Source of the DNA: Paraspadella gotoi
Taxonomy: Eukaryota > Animalia > Chaetognatha
Direction of reading: 5' to 3'
Length of the DNA: 64,000 bases
Assembly: GCA_051294375.1 (NCBI GenBank)
Contig: CM119264.1
Location: 4,055,392 to 4,119,391 of the forward strand
In this document: piece after piece, positions 24,951 through 38,940 of the stretch
How positions within the stretch are numbered: position 1 is the stretch's first letter
Layout: each line of letters opens with the position of its first letter
The notes under the pieces: generated by a model
Database searches by the model: none
What the model was told of the DNA's origin: nothing
What the model saw: the letters and a program-made list of their open reading frames with translations, nothing else
Position numbers and translations under genes: made by a program

Positions 24951-27305
24951 TCCTGTCAACTGTCCTCAATTTCAGACAAACCTGTCAGTGAGTCAAACCT
25001 GCTAAAGCGCTGTCAGTCACTGAAAAGATTATGTCAAAATTAATGTCAGAGATTTTTTTCTGTCAGAATTGTGCTTTTGTCATTCAGTCACTGTGTGAAT
25101 GGAGAGGTCAGTCTTTTAAGCTGAAAAAATTTGTCATCATCTAGAGTCAGTCATTGCAAAAAAAATTGGTGAGAAAACTGAATCCATTTCCAGTTTCCAA
25201 AATTTAATTGGAAATGTCTCCACCCCCCTCACCCCCAAACCTACCCCCAAACCCCTTACCCCCCAACAAAATGCCACAAATTATTCCACCTTGTTGTAAT
25301 TAATAAAACAACTTTGCCTATTTAATGTCATTACCGTCAATGCTGCCAATGAGCCTGTAATCAAAAATGATTGTTTAGTAATTTAAGTCACTAACCATCA
25401 TGGTAAATAAAAATTCTTCGACCCCCCAAACACACTCCCAAAACCCATCCACCCAAAAACCCTCAACCCTCAACAGCTTGAGTTAAAAATCTGCCATTTT
25501 TATCAGTCTCCAGTTTTCTAAACTCACTTGGTGTTTAACTGACTTATCATCTTGTATATTCAAATGAAGCAGTTTCTCACCAATCATCCTCCTTTTTTGC
25601 AAGGAGGATAATGTTTAGCTTTTATTCACAAAATATTCAATGTATATCTCTTAGAATTAAAATAAAAATGAATGGCTAAGTAATTTAAGGTGGCCGCACT
25701 GGAGCTAGAAAAGGCAAAAGTGATTGGAAGAATTTGGTGACAGTCACGTATTTTGATTGTCTGCTTGACCACAAGTTAATCGCCTCATACATAATGCATT
25801 TGCCACCGCAGGGTGCGCTACAATCAATTTCGAAATCGTATCAAATTCAAATGGAACAAAAATGACGTGCATAAATTCGGCCCTCCCCCTTTGTGTATCC
25901 TCAACACTGCACGATCTAAAAAGAGTGGTGACTGAGAAGGTTTATCAGTCCTTTATTTTACTGTGATTATTAATCAGCAGGTTTCTAGTGACATTTTGTC
26001 TTAGTCTGACAAAAAATAAGCCACCTTGACAAAATGATGCGGTTGATCCTGCTATCATTCTGCTTCATTATTAGTTACAAGTAAAAACAAAAAAAATTAG
26101 CTTTGCCATTCATAAAGTTTCAGTTCAGCTAACTTTTCATTTCAAATGTTCATACATAATTTGTAATAAAATCAAGCTGCGACAACAACAGTAATAGTGG
26201 CAACAGTAAAATGGTTACTGCTTATTTGTGGTAAAAAGTGAAATATACAAAAACTGAAATTAATGGCGTAAAGATGTTTAAGACTGCGAAATTTGTTAAA
26301 AAGAAGAAAAGCAGATTATAAAGTCCTAACTCACACTCCCAGCCCACCATCCCAATCACCCAATTCCCCATCCTGAATTCCCCTACACCAAACTATCAAT
26401 TATGGCAGCAGTGTGAAAACAACATGTTGATTAATGTGTTTTAAAAGTAAAATTTTACTTAAGAGAAAGTAAAGTGCATCAACGATATCAAGACGAAGCT
26501 CTAGGAGCTTCTATAGTTTTCTTCTACTATGGCAAAAAGACATCCTGAATGATTGGCAAGTTGATTGACCCAGCGTGACTATTGGCCAACTGACCGATTC
26601 TAAATCTTAAAAGGCCACTGTATGACAAAAGCATAAACCTTACTGTTTCAAATGCCTTCCTTCCTCCAGCGATGAACGCTCACTTAAGGAAGAGTCGATA
26701 TATAATTAGAGCTAGAACAAGAAAATGAGAATATGAATTCTCGCCAAAAAATAGAAAAACACGAAAAAAAACTCACTCTCCTCCTCCAACTTAATCACTT
26801 CTTCACTCCTTGATGCTGGAAAATCGCAAATTGTAATAATTCATGCTCCTCATAGTAGACGGACTATTAAGTAATCAAAACATGAGTTAGAACCTTAGAC
26901 ACTGTGAAATTGTAAATTACAATAATCATCAATATCATCTAACAAATGAACTGAAACTTAATCACCAATGTTAATTCACATGATATATCACCCACTCCGC
27001 CAATCATTCTAGTTTTCTATGTTCTCCCCCCTCACTATATCGCCAAATATCACACAAAATATACAAACTTTAATCACCTTGCTCAAATATCATCGCAATC
27101 CCCTGCTTACTTTTTAAGATTTTGAGCCCCGCAATTTGATTTGTTTTATATGATGACCTGTACCCCCTACCTAAACCCATTCTCTTCTTTATCCCGCTCC
27201 TCACATTCACGGTCTCAGCACGGTTAGCACTCTCATACGCACTCAGCACGATGACGTCTCACGCCATTCAAGCCTGATACCCATCTTGACCCAAGAGAGG
27301 GGCCC

Positions 27306-27443
27306 CAGTATATTAAGGTGATTTTAGACAGACGCGGGTCTATTACCCCCTCCTTCTTCATTCACCGTATCCTCTTGCATCCTCCTCCCAGTTTCGGGGC
27401 CGCGTTCACGAGGATTCAGTTCACCTTCCTCTCTTCTCCTACT
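27306..27443 (+). repeat. Dispersed direct repeat, copy 2 (pairs with 23060-23195)
   Basis: Aligned by eye with copy 1. Confidence 0.85.
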
Positions 27444-29499
27444 ACTCTTCCTTTTCTTTACCCTCATCTCTCTCTATTTTTTTTTTTTTTCATTTAATTT
27501 TATTTTTAATTGACATAATTAAAATTGAAATTTAATCTTAAATCTAAATTTAAATTAAACATTGATAATATTTAAATCTAGTTACACGACATCATCTATT
27601 TCACAAGCACGAGCTTTCAATAATCTTCTTCCAAGCGCCGGACTTAGGAGAGCGCGCCGCTTTTTGAGCTCTCCACTTAAGCGCGCTCCCGAACGTGGGC
27701 GCGGCTTTACGGGGGCGCCGGCAAAGAATCCGGTTCCATTTGCAGAGGAATGCGATGTTTTCTTCGTGGAATAACTTTGTTGTTTCGAAATGGAAGTGAG
27801 GGAGTTAAGTGGGGGAGTGAAAAACAAGGGTAGGAGTGAAAAGGCAAAGTTGGGTGGAGAGAAGATGGGGTTGAGGAACTGAGTCAAGTGTGTGAACTGT
27901 GAGATGTGAAGTAATAAGGAATTCCAGGAGTGAATGAGGAACAAAGAAAAGGGTAAACAGTAGATAAATGGAAATTGAAGAATGAAATATTCCACTTTTA
28001 AATTTGTAGGAATTCAAATGGCGAAAATCTCGAACTTTTTTGTGTCGATTATAGCGCATCGGGTAGGATGATCGTTGAGTGTTTAGGGTAAGTATCATAT
28101 CATATCATATCATATCATAGCGCAACGGGTAAGTGTAAGGGTAAGGGTAAGTATCATGTTATGGTTGGGTCAAAAGAAAATCGTTTGGAGCCACAACTCT
28201 TTAAGTCCGACCGGATATATATACGGACTCTTCGACGCGAAAATAAAGAAAAAAAATATTTTAAATAAAATCTTCAGAAATCCTTGAAGAGAAAATTGTT
28301 GTGAGAATTCTTTCTTCTCTCAATCTTCGGGTTGAGTTGAGGATTTAAATTTAAAATCTTAAACAAAACTTTAAACTTAAAAAAAACTTTAAAAATTAAA
28401 AGGGTCAAGATCGCGGAACTCCGCTTTTTAAATCTTAAGACGGAAATTTTGTATTTGTTTATTTTTTTTTTGTAAAGTGCTTGCTGCGATCGAGTAGAAG
28501 GAGGCGGCTGAAACGCAGCAGCAGCGGCAGCGGAGGCCAGCAGCAAGCAGACTCTAAGTTTCGTAGAAAAAAAATTGTTGCACGGAAAACGTTTATTTTT
28601 GGAAAAAAAAATAGCAGATGATCGTTAAGTTTAATGAGAGGAAAAAGTGAGAAACGAGTCCATGACTCATGATAATCATAGTCCACAAGATTTAGAAATC
28701 GTTTTACACTTTTAATCTTAGGAATCAAGGTTTTTTTTCCTTTTTTTTCCTTGAAAGTGGAACTAGCGATTAAAAATGTGAAATAATGAAATATTGTAAT
28801 ATAGCGTGTATAAATGATAATCAAATGATAAGTTTTGTACTACATCAAAATGCACATTTTGATTTCCGTTATTGCTCTCTGAGTTCCATTCAGTCCCGAT
28901 ATATTACATTCATATGGGCTTTTATCTTAACCAAGAGCATTGATCCTGCTAATCAAACATACTTTTAAGTTTAAATGTTCAGCGAGAAAAAGAAAGCGAA
29001 ACGCCAAACAGAAAAACGAAACGGAAAAAAAAAGATAAAAAAAGTCGTTCTCGATGTTTGTGGCAAAAACTTTTGTGTGGAAAGGATAAGTAATGCGTTT
29101 TTTCTTCTTTTCTCTACCCTTGCGGTCGTCGGCGTCGTCGTCGGCGCGCCGCAGTCGGCAGCACCGCAAGTCGGCAGCCGCACAGTGCGAGTCGGACGGT
29201 CTGTAGTCGGCGTCGTAGTCGGCCCCAGAAACAGGGGGTTAAATTTCGATACAAAAAAGAAGAGGAGGTAAGAAAAGAAAAAGATAGGAGAGGAAAAAGA
29301 AGTGAGGAAAGTTCTTTTCGTTTTTTTCTTCTTTTAATTTCTTTGTATCACAGTATCATGTCTGTGATTGTTTTATTTATATTCTCTCTCTACTCTTTCT
29401 TTCTTCTCGCTTTTTCCCTTCTCATTCCTCATGTCCTTCCGCTAGCTCCCTTAACTCCCTTCCCCCGCCTCAATCTTTTCCTTTCCAAAAGTCGAACTT

Positions 29500-30650
29500 T
29501 GAGTTTAAGGTATAAAGTCACAAAAAGTCCTTAAAAAAATGAAAGAAAAAACAAATGAGAGAAAGAAGGAAAAGGAAAAAGAAAGAAAAAAAAGAAGGAA
29601 GGCTTGCGATATTTGAGATTTTTCTTTTCTTTCTTACCCAGCCAGTTTTTGGAATTATTTTCTTGGCTTTTTTTAGTTTAAGATCTTCCTTTTTTTTACT
29701 AAGTTCTCGCTCTCTCTCTTTTACGTTCGTCTCTCTCTCTCTCCTGCTCCTCTCACATCTCTCTCTCTCTCTCTCTTCTCTCTCGGTCGGTCTCATCTCT
29801 CTCTCGTCTCGTCTGCTTTTTTTAAACTTCCTCCTTTCCCGAGCCGTGTTTCCGTTCGCTAAAGCGACGTTTGGTAGTATATGTGTCGACGCGAAAACTC
29901 ATGCAGAAAAAAGGTGTACGAAAGAAAAAGAGAAAGAATAAAAAAAGAAAAAAAACTTTGTTGCGAACCAATTGAATTCGTGTCGACTGAAGAACTTTTC
30001 TTTTTCTTTAAAAAAAAAAAGATAAGATGCGGAAAAGTTGGCGTCTCGTTGCGGAGTTGAAAAACCCTGCGCCAGTGAACGTTGGATTTCACGGTGGATT
30101 ATGTGAAAGACTGGCGGTGAATGACTGGAGATTTTGAGAACGATTGTTGAAATGTCAAGAGGTTATGGGCAGTAATGGTTTGTTAAGTAAATGAAGGCAA
30201 TCCGCGGCTGAAGTTAGGTGATTTAAATTTAGGAGCAATTTTTTAAAATTTGTTGAGCTTAAATTTGGTCGTGAATTCATTTGATATTTGTCGTTTTTAT
30301 AAATTATTAGTAAATTATGAAATAATTTTTATATTTATAGTGTTTGAACCGGTTTATAGATTTTCATGAACCTTTAAATTTTTTTATCATTTCTATGTCG
30401 TGGACATATAACTTGACAACCTCCTTAGCCCCGCGCAGACTCCGCGACATCTACTGTCACAACGATCGANNNNNNNNNNNNNNNNNNNNNNNNNNNNNNN
30501 NNNNNNNNNNNNNNNNNNNNNNNNNNNNNNNNNNNNNNNNNNNNNNNNNNNNNNNNNNNNNNNNNNNNNNNNNNNNNNNNNNNNNNNNNNNNNNNNNNNN
30601 NNNNNNNNNNNNNNNNNNNNNNNNNNNNNNCCGCCACTTTGGTTCATCGC
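29500..30650 (+). repeat. Left arm of a long, noisy inverted duplication (pairs with ~37670-38940)
   Basis: Its reverse complement matches the other arm, e.g. TTGTCAAGTTATA.TGTCC..GACATAGAA, TCCAGTCATTC..CGC..CTTTCACATAATC, AAAGAAAAAGAAAA, GACTTT.GTGAC.TTTATA and GAACCAAAGTGGCGG. Confidence 0.88.
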
Positions 30651-31699
30651 ATTCTTTTTACTTTCTTCTTCCTAATTTTATGAACATAAAGGTTTTAATG
30701 TTTATGATTAAATCGACTACTTTGATTATGATTTGTATCAATTCTTAAATATTTAATAATTATAATCGCGATTGAAATTAAGTTTATTACGGGAGCGCCA
30801 ACAACTACTACGATTAATTCAATAATTAAATAATAAAGTATAATACTAGAATTCAATAACACAATGATATAGTATAATACTGCAGGACTACATACCTACT
30901 AATCGCGTGTTTGTCTGATTTTTTTTAGCTCCTCTTCCTCCTCCCCTTGCCTCTCTTAATGCTGCTCCTCTTCTTCCTCCTTTTTACCTCTTTTTCATTT
31001 GAGTTTTAAAAACGCGCGTTCTAACATTTGAAATCTTCTCTCATGATACTTTTAATATTTATTTTTTAAAGCTTAAAGTCAGAAAACTTTCGCGTTTCCA
31101 CCCGACTAAAATTATCGAAATATTTACGGAATAAGAAAAAAAAAATCCGCGAGACTGGATTTAAGCTCATCTCTTTCCTTTCCTCTATTTCTTTCCTTCC
31201 TTTCCTTTCCTCCTTTTCTTTTCTTCTTACAATCTCTCCTCAATCCAAATTTCCTCTCCCGCCTCCGCTCGAAATTCCGCCATAACTCCCTGATCCACTT
31301 TTCATTGGTTTTCATTTAATGGTTTGAAGNNNNNNNNNNNNNNNNNNNNNNNNNTCTTTCTTATCTCTGCGCCTTCTCTTCCATTCTTTACACATTCCTT
31401 CCATCACTCTTCAGGGCCTATACATTGCCTCTCTATTGCCTCATCTCCTTCCCATTCCTCCCTTCCTGTCCTTCTCTTCATCTACAAATATTTACCCGGA
31501 CTCATTGCAAGCCGTCCCACTAATTCCTCATATCTAACGAATCACTTCTCCAGTCCCTATAACACCCTTAATTTACCCACACCTCTTCTATCACCTTCTC
31601 AGTCGCCGGCGCCGTCGCGCGTTGGCGCGTCTTCTCACACTCGCCTCCCATCCCTATTAGTCTTCGAAGTCTACTCTTTAGGGTAAAACAAAGACTTTT

Positions 31700-34500
31700 T
31701 AAAAAAAAGTTCCGATTTCCCAATGCTTTAATTGTGCCTATTAAAATTTACAATCATTGACTACTCTATCCTTAGGAAAAAGTTGAGAAAAACATTTTTT
31801 TTAAAGCTCATCTTACTCCAATAAAAAATATACCAAAACACTGGAGCGTAAACACATTCTCAAATATTGTTGGTATGCCCCCTCGGCATTGCACCACTAG
31901 TCCTGCATCTCGTACTGGCATCGCTCGTTCCGTCAAAGGCGCAACTTGTGTAGGTAAACGCAAGGTGCAAAAATGTTTTTTTTCCACACACTTTAGCGCA
32001 CAATTCTTTTCAGCCCGATGTCGAATGCCTCGCGCTGGCCTTCCTCCCCCGCTTCTTCAAACCATTAAGAGATCGTAATGAGACCATGAAAAGTGTCATT
32101 CAAGTTGGAGTTCACCTAGTGCGGTGAAATCGTTCGAGAGCAGCGGAAGACGGAGCAGATGGTAACAATATTTGGACTTGACCTTTGAGAATGTTGAATA
32201 CCAAAGAAGAAAGAAAGGAGGGCTGATAACGGTATAAAGGATAGTGAAGAGAATAGAGAAAGGAAAGAGATGCAAGCTTAATTCACCACAAGATCTCTAA
32301 AGAGAGCAGAGAATTGTTATTATATTTTATCTTATATATTTTAATACACTCCGTAACATATTTGAAAGTATAATAGCAAATATAACAGTATACGGAGATG
32401 ATTGTAGACAGCGTAAAAGCTGTTATTCTGTCACTGAAGCTTTAACAACATCATAATTAAATATTCAAACAAATATGAGTATCACATGGAGAGATAAAGA
32501 TTTCATAATGTATAAAAATTTTGGCCTACGCTGAGCGTTCTTAAATCAATACTCACAGCTGAATAGGAATGCTAGCACGAATAATGAGAAAGAGAGAGCA
32601 ACGCATGAGAGAGCAGAAATTTATTGAATGTGATAGGACAAGGGACGAGAGACAGCACACGTGAGATTTTTTAAAATACTCCGAGAGCAAGTTTTACGAG
32701 AGTAAATCACGCGATCCACTTAAGGATTATAGAACAGTGTTTCTCTCTAACGCAGAAATTAAATCTATTATCATGCTAGATAGTGTATAATTTAATTGAT
32801 AAAAGAGAGAAATTTCTATGTATATCGATACTACAAAATCAATCCTTAACTTTTTTTATGAGGGTATAGGAGATGAATTTAACGCATAAGAATGCAGTAC
32901 GTATTTTACCTGTGCCCGATCCTTGGCCCAACTCGTTAAAATTAAACATTAAAGTTCAATTCACAAAAAAATCAAGCGCGATTAATAAGTCTTTTTTAAG
33001 GGCCTTTTCCATCTATAATATAATATAATATTTAATAGAGAATTGATACAATTCTATTTATTAAGCAGAAGATAATTACGATTATAATATCGTATTGAGA
33101 ACATTAAATATATACGCGTGTATGGCGTAGACTAATAAAAAGATTATTTAGAGACAAATATCATGCTCTAATGTCGGCAATCTGTTCCTAACAGAAAATA
33201 ATGTAACTCTAATATATATTTGAGAATTTTAGAGTTAATATAGAGTGCGTAAATAATGATCTCTTAAAATTTACATTAATACACCACCTTAACTGACATA
33301 GTCCTCCCCCCTAATTTTACTACTAACTAATTAAGATAAAATCAAATCAAATTATATGATTAATTAATTTAATTATATTCCAATAATAAAAGAATTAGGT
33401 TATATTTAATAAAGTTTATATTCCATGCTATTTGAGTACATCATCATTCGAGTATCGTCCTTTAAAATTGCAGTCAGCGACACGTTATTTAATGTTCTTG
33501 TTCTAGGGCATTTTATGCAAAACAAACAACATATCGACAGTTAGATGGCAAAATATAAAGTCATTGAGCGAGCCGCAGGCGGGCAACAAGCTCCGTCACT
33601 GACGCGTTCAAGATTATAAGTAGTGGGCTGGATATTATATATCGTCTTTCTTCCTGAGGTCTTACCGCCTCACACATTCTTTGCGGGCTCCATTGGCAGG
33701 TATTTGTTCGTCTTATCTTCGCACACAACTTGTAGTTCGTACATATATCTTATTTTTTTATTTCATTTTTTGTACACAAAATTAGTGTGATATCATAGCG
33801 GACGTGCGCAGGAGTGTTCATAATTAGGCTCTACGTAATCTCATCCCAAGATCTTTTATTCAAAAATTCCTCTCATGTTTCTATTGATCGAATCTTAATC
33901 TAATTGGTATTTGTTAAATTTGTAGGCTTTTAAACTGAACAACAAATTAACACCGATTTTCTCTAGCACTTATTATGTGTGCTCGGCAATGATCGACCTC
34001 AAAAGTCTCTCTTTTCTCCGATTTCTTATCTCAAAGGGGCTCTCTTTCGCAGAAAACGAGCTTTCCAGGCTAATGGCGGGGTGTCATATGCGTCTGTCCA
34101 GATCTTGCGACTTTTTCTCATGCTCACACCTCTCCTGCGCCAACATGTCCAAACATTCGGGCTGCAAAGCAGAAAATTGCGCTAAAGCGTTGAAAAAATA
34201 CTATTCACACCTTCCGTACCAACAATGTCGCTTTACCGAAGAGCATGCCCAGATCTCGCAACGACAATGCCAGGCCAGTGGTCACATGCCCGAGCGGACA
34301 GCCAATACCAAAATATTGAAGGGCCTCCCAATGTTTCTAACTCCGTCCCGTCCTCTCCGCATATGTCCTTTCTCATGTCTATTATTTTTTTTTATTGTGT
34401 AATTATTACAAAATGAAACTATTTAATATTAATATAAGAAGATGATATTATCTAAGCCTTTTTTCCTAAGATAGATGTGGTAGGAATATTGTAATCAACT
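31700..34500. repeat. Noisy fold-back palindrome centred near 33085
   Basis: The reverse complement of 31850-32030 matches 34150-34340 (TCGGGCTG.AAAG..AATTG.GCGCTAAAG, CACCTT.CGT, AGTGGT..CA.TGCC.GAG, ATACCAA.AATATT). A short palindrome TACGAT-TATAAT-ATCGTA at 33077-33094 lies at the predicted centre. Confidence 0.7.
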
Positions 34501-34599
34501 ATTATTTAATGTAAAAAACAAAGCTGCGCATAAACGAATAAAAGCCATTGAAACATCGGAGACTTGTTATTCTAAAGAAAAAAATATTGCGCTCTGACT

Positions 34600-34668
34600 G
34601 TAGACAGGGCGCGAACCCGGGTCCCTTTGGGTAGAGAATTATAAGCTCCACTCACGCTACGTGGCGGC
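34600..34668 (-). mobile_element. Possible tRNA-derived SINE head (noisy region)
   Basis: Minus strand has GTAGCGTGAGTGG (A-box-like) then GGACCCGGGTTCGCGCCC (B-box-like) at tRNA-like spacing. Confidence 0.3.
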
Positions 34669-37600
34669 GGCGGGGGCGCAAGTGTAGAGTACTTTTGCTC
34701 TGATTCTTTTACGGAGTAAAAAGGGGCTGGTGAGCTTTCTTTTTTCTTAACCTAAAAGTTCTAGCCAGATCCCTTTTCTCATGCACACTTACATAACGCT
34801 CTTTCTCTTTCTCCTTTTTCCTCCTGCAGGCGGCCTGTCTCTCCTCTCGTCTTCTTTGTTCTCTCCTTCTTCTGTCTCTCTGTCTCTCCTGTGTGGTGTC
34901 TGTCCCTATCTGTCCGCTGGCTTCTTTTGCCGGCTGCACTTCGTTTGTTTTCTTTTTTTTTGGACACCCATTCTGACATTCTTTTTTCCTCTCAAAACCC
35001 TTTTTCATTCATTGCCATTTATTTCCGCGCTTTTTTTTCAATACAAATATCCCATATCTTCAATCCGCGATTCTTCGTGGATTTACTTTCTTTCTTTCTA
35101 TCTCTCTCTTCTCTCTTCTCTCTCTCTCTCTCTTTCTCTCTCTCGTCTCGCGCGCCCGCTCTTTGCCTCTCTTACGGTGTCGCTTTCGTCTCCGGCGCAT
35201 CCATCATCTGGGAGTCTTGCTTTCTGCCACTTGTTTTGTACATTATTTTTAATTGAATAAAAGGGGAACTTCTTTAAACACAATAACTATGTCTCTCTAC
35301 TCCTTTTTTCCCTAGATAGTAGTAATATTGTAATTTTAATACGCAACATACACCATACGCCATTGAAATTCCTTCTTTCAGTAATACACACGTATATTTA
35401 AAAATTTGTCTTTTGTTTTTTTAATTGACCTTATCATACGCTCATCATGAATATGAACCAATGGCACTAGTATATACACATGCATGACAATCCATTCGAG
35501 GCGGAGGTCACTAGCCAAGGGACTATCATCCTACCAAAGCTGACATGACTATAGTCTCATTCGCATCCAATTACTGATATATCATCCGAATCCAATAATA
35601 CCTTCCTATTTACATCAAACCTAAAATTACACGTACCCTTCTCACTTGTTCACGTTCATCAAATACCTAAGTACCTCACACAAATCCGGGTTATCGGGGC
35701 ATGAGTACATATTCCGTTTTAGTTTATTCTCCTGGGTTTTTCCATTATTCTTCCTTATGGCTAGTGTTTGGTAGGTGTAAACCCCCGACATATGAGCGCC
35801 TAGCGACTCCTATTTGAGAATTTCTTTTTTGAATTATATTATTTTATCTCCTTCTTTCTTCTATTATGTCACGCTATTGCTGTATAAATATGGCCCTTTT
35901 CACATTCTCCTGCTATAACTTTCGTAATATTTATTTTATCTTCACCATTTCTTTTTATCCCTCCACATTTCCGCCTCATGGACACACAGTAAAGTTCTTT
36001 TACTGGGCTACGCTTCTCTTTTTGGAACCCCATCAATTATAGTTTCCAAACTTGCATCATTTTGTTCACTGCAGTTAATTTTTTCACACTTTGCATTCCG
36101 TCACTCCTCACCACGACTCACCAGCCTTATTTCGCTTTCAGTGTCGCCCTTCCGTAAGCTGTCCTCCTGATGTCTGAACACTAAAATTATATATTTCATT
36201 CTTCACACCCTAATGTCTACGTCATGGTTATGATAAACGATTTTTTGAACTTAGTCATATAAATAGGATATGCCCTTTACAGTAAAATGTGAACTCCAAT
36301 AATTTTTTTTTGCGATTTTTATAACTCACCTGTACTATTCTAGGGTAGATTAATTATTCTTACTTCTATATATGTTCCTACTCTTGTTTTTTTCATCTGA
36401 CTCATGTTTTTTTTCTATCTTCTATTATAGATATTATATGTCATTACTACAGTCTCACACCTTCTTCACTTTTTTAGAATTAAGGTAGTATATAATGTTT
36501 TACAGTATAATTTTTACCTTTTCCTATATCTGTCTTTATATATAGAGATTTTAGAAATATTTTGTTTTCAAGAATCTTATTCCCATGTCGTATATCTTGC
36601 ATTTGAAATGTGAGTGAGGTGGGAGTGAGTGTGGAGTGTGAGTTCTGGCGGAGTGGACTAAGCTTTGTGATTGTGCTTGGCGGATTACTGGACCGTGGAC
36701 GTTGGGATTGAGTGGACTTCGGTTGTGATTGAATTTTTATTTGTGCACTTAGTTACCTATTGCTTAATTAACCTGATTACATGTGTGAATTTATTATAGG
36801 GTATTCGCTGGCCGTAGTAAATTTTAATATAGGAGAGACACTATAAATCAAGGTTTGTAAAATTCAGTGTTTTTTGTTTTTTTTTTGTCTATTGTAAGAA
36901 ATACCTCCTTTCCTCAATGACATGTATTCGCAGTCGTTGACTTGATTTCCCCTGTGTGCCAAAAGGTCACACACTTCCTCTGCCATACTAAATATGTGCT
37001 CAGGGGGATCAATCAGCCCCCTATCCACGTTCTGGCGTGCGAATTGGTGTTTGCCAAATAGTGGTGATATATTTTTTTTGGTTTTTTTCCATTTAAACTT
37101 CAGTCCATTCGACTCGGGCTTTCATCGGGAAAGTCTATTATACCAGCTCAATCACAGGGTCGATGTTGGGTATAATGAGTCGTTATGCAGCGCGCGTGAG
37201 TGTTGTGTGTGATGTTTGTTATTTGGTATACTAGTTAGTTAAGGTGTGTGTAGTATTTAAAGTGTCCTCCATTCCCAATTATTGGAGTTTGGTGTTTGCT
37301 AAAGGGGACGGGATTTCGGACGGACGGACCGGACGGCACGGACGGACGGACGGAGGACGTGGTGACGGACGGACGGTTGACGGTGCCAGGGTATTCGGGT
37401 GTAGCGGACGCCCCGCCACCGCAGACGGACGACGGACGGGACAGAGGAGACGCTATGGCACCCCGGCCCGGGACGACCGGCGGGAATCTATTTTGGTTTG
37501 TTCTTTTGCAATATTTATCATAATTCGATGTTCTGAGCATGATATAAGTGTGTGCCCGGATCATGATTTGAAGGGGGCGCCGGAACGACGGACCGGGAAA

Positions 37601-37669
37601 AAGCGAGTTGACTTTGGAGAAGAGTGAGTATAAGAGTCGGATCTCTGATAAGGCAGATCCGACTAGAAG

Positions 37670-38454
37670 AAGGTGGAACCAAAGTGGCGGGCACCTGTCA
37701 ACGTCTTCCCGAGCGCCTCTGATTGCGCGAAAAAAAAAAAAAACCGCGGAGACGTCGACATGTGCGGCCAACGATCCCCGCCGCCAAAGTTCGGCCGCCA
37801 ATGTGTGTGTCGACGTGTTAGTATCGAGTCGAGTTCGTTGTGGACAGTAACAGTGTCTGCGGGGAGTGTTCTTGCGCGGAGGGCCTAGAGGTTGAGATTG
37901 TCAAGTTATAGTGTCCCGGGACATAGAATGGATAAGCAAATTTAAAGCTGTCATATGGAATAATCTAAAATCGGTCAACAACTTTAAATAAATTATTTAT
38001 ATTATCTATTGAGCCAAATCAAAATGAATTCCGACATTTAAGCAACAGTTAAATATGCCTGCATTTAATCTAGTACCCACAAGCTCAAGCCCGGCGGATT
38101 GGACTTCATTACTAAAACAGGCCATACCTGATATCACAACGTCTCTCAAATTCCAGTCATTCCGCTCAAGCTTTCACATAATCACGTGACTCACGGGTTC
38201 ACTGCAGGTTCACTCCGCAACAGACGTGCGAATTTCCGCATCTTTAATCTTTTTTTTTTCAAAGAAAAAGAAAAAGTCTTCTTCAGTGAACGTTCATTGA
38301 GTGCAAAAAGGGTTTTTTTCTTTTTTATTTTCCCCTTTTTTTTCCTTTTTTTTGAACGAGTTTCGTGTGAAATATATTACGTCGTTAGCGGGGGCAAGGG
38401 GGGAAGGGGATGTTTAACAAAGGAGGCGAGGGCGGCGAGTGATGGAGGGAGGAG

Positions 38455-38485
<31 letters not shown>

Positions 38486-38753
38486 GATGAGAGGTGGATG
38501 AAGGAAAGTGGGGGGGTATTGGAGGAAAAGAGGTGGAAAGCTGATAAAAAAATCTAAAATATGTAGAAAATCAAAATTTAAAAGGCTTTGTCGTCGTGGT
38601 GGGGTTCGTTTTGGCGCGGTGTGGAAGTAAAGAAAGGAAGAAAAATCGTCAACTTATCGCAATAGTCGCCTTTTCCTTCTGTTTTTGTTTTGTCTTGTCG
38701 TTTCTTTCTATTGTGTATGTTTGTCCTTTCCCTGATCCTTCTTCTTTTTCTTA

Positions 38754-38836
<83 letters not shown>

Positions 38837-38940
38837 TTTTTTTTTTTTTTTCCTGCTGTTTCCGTTCTTTTTTTTCTTTCTTTTTTTTCTTTCTTTTTTA
38901 AGACTTTGTGACGTTTATAGACCTCGTTAAAACATTCAAA
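37670..38940 (-). repeat. Right arm of the inverted duplication (pairs with 29500-30650)
   Basis: See left arm. 37690-37828 corresponds to the 161-N gap at 30470-30630. Confidence 0.88.

Noticed and set aside
24342-25043. 233-aa plus-strand ORF
   Set aside because: Non-ATG start, crosses homopolymer runs, and has the composition of a CpG-island or UTR translation.
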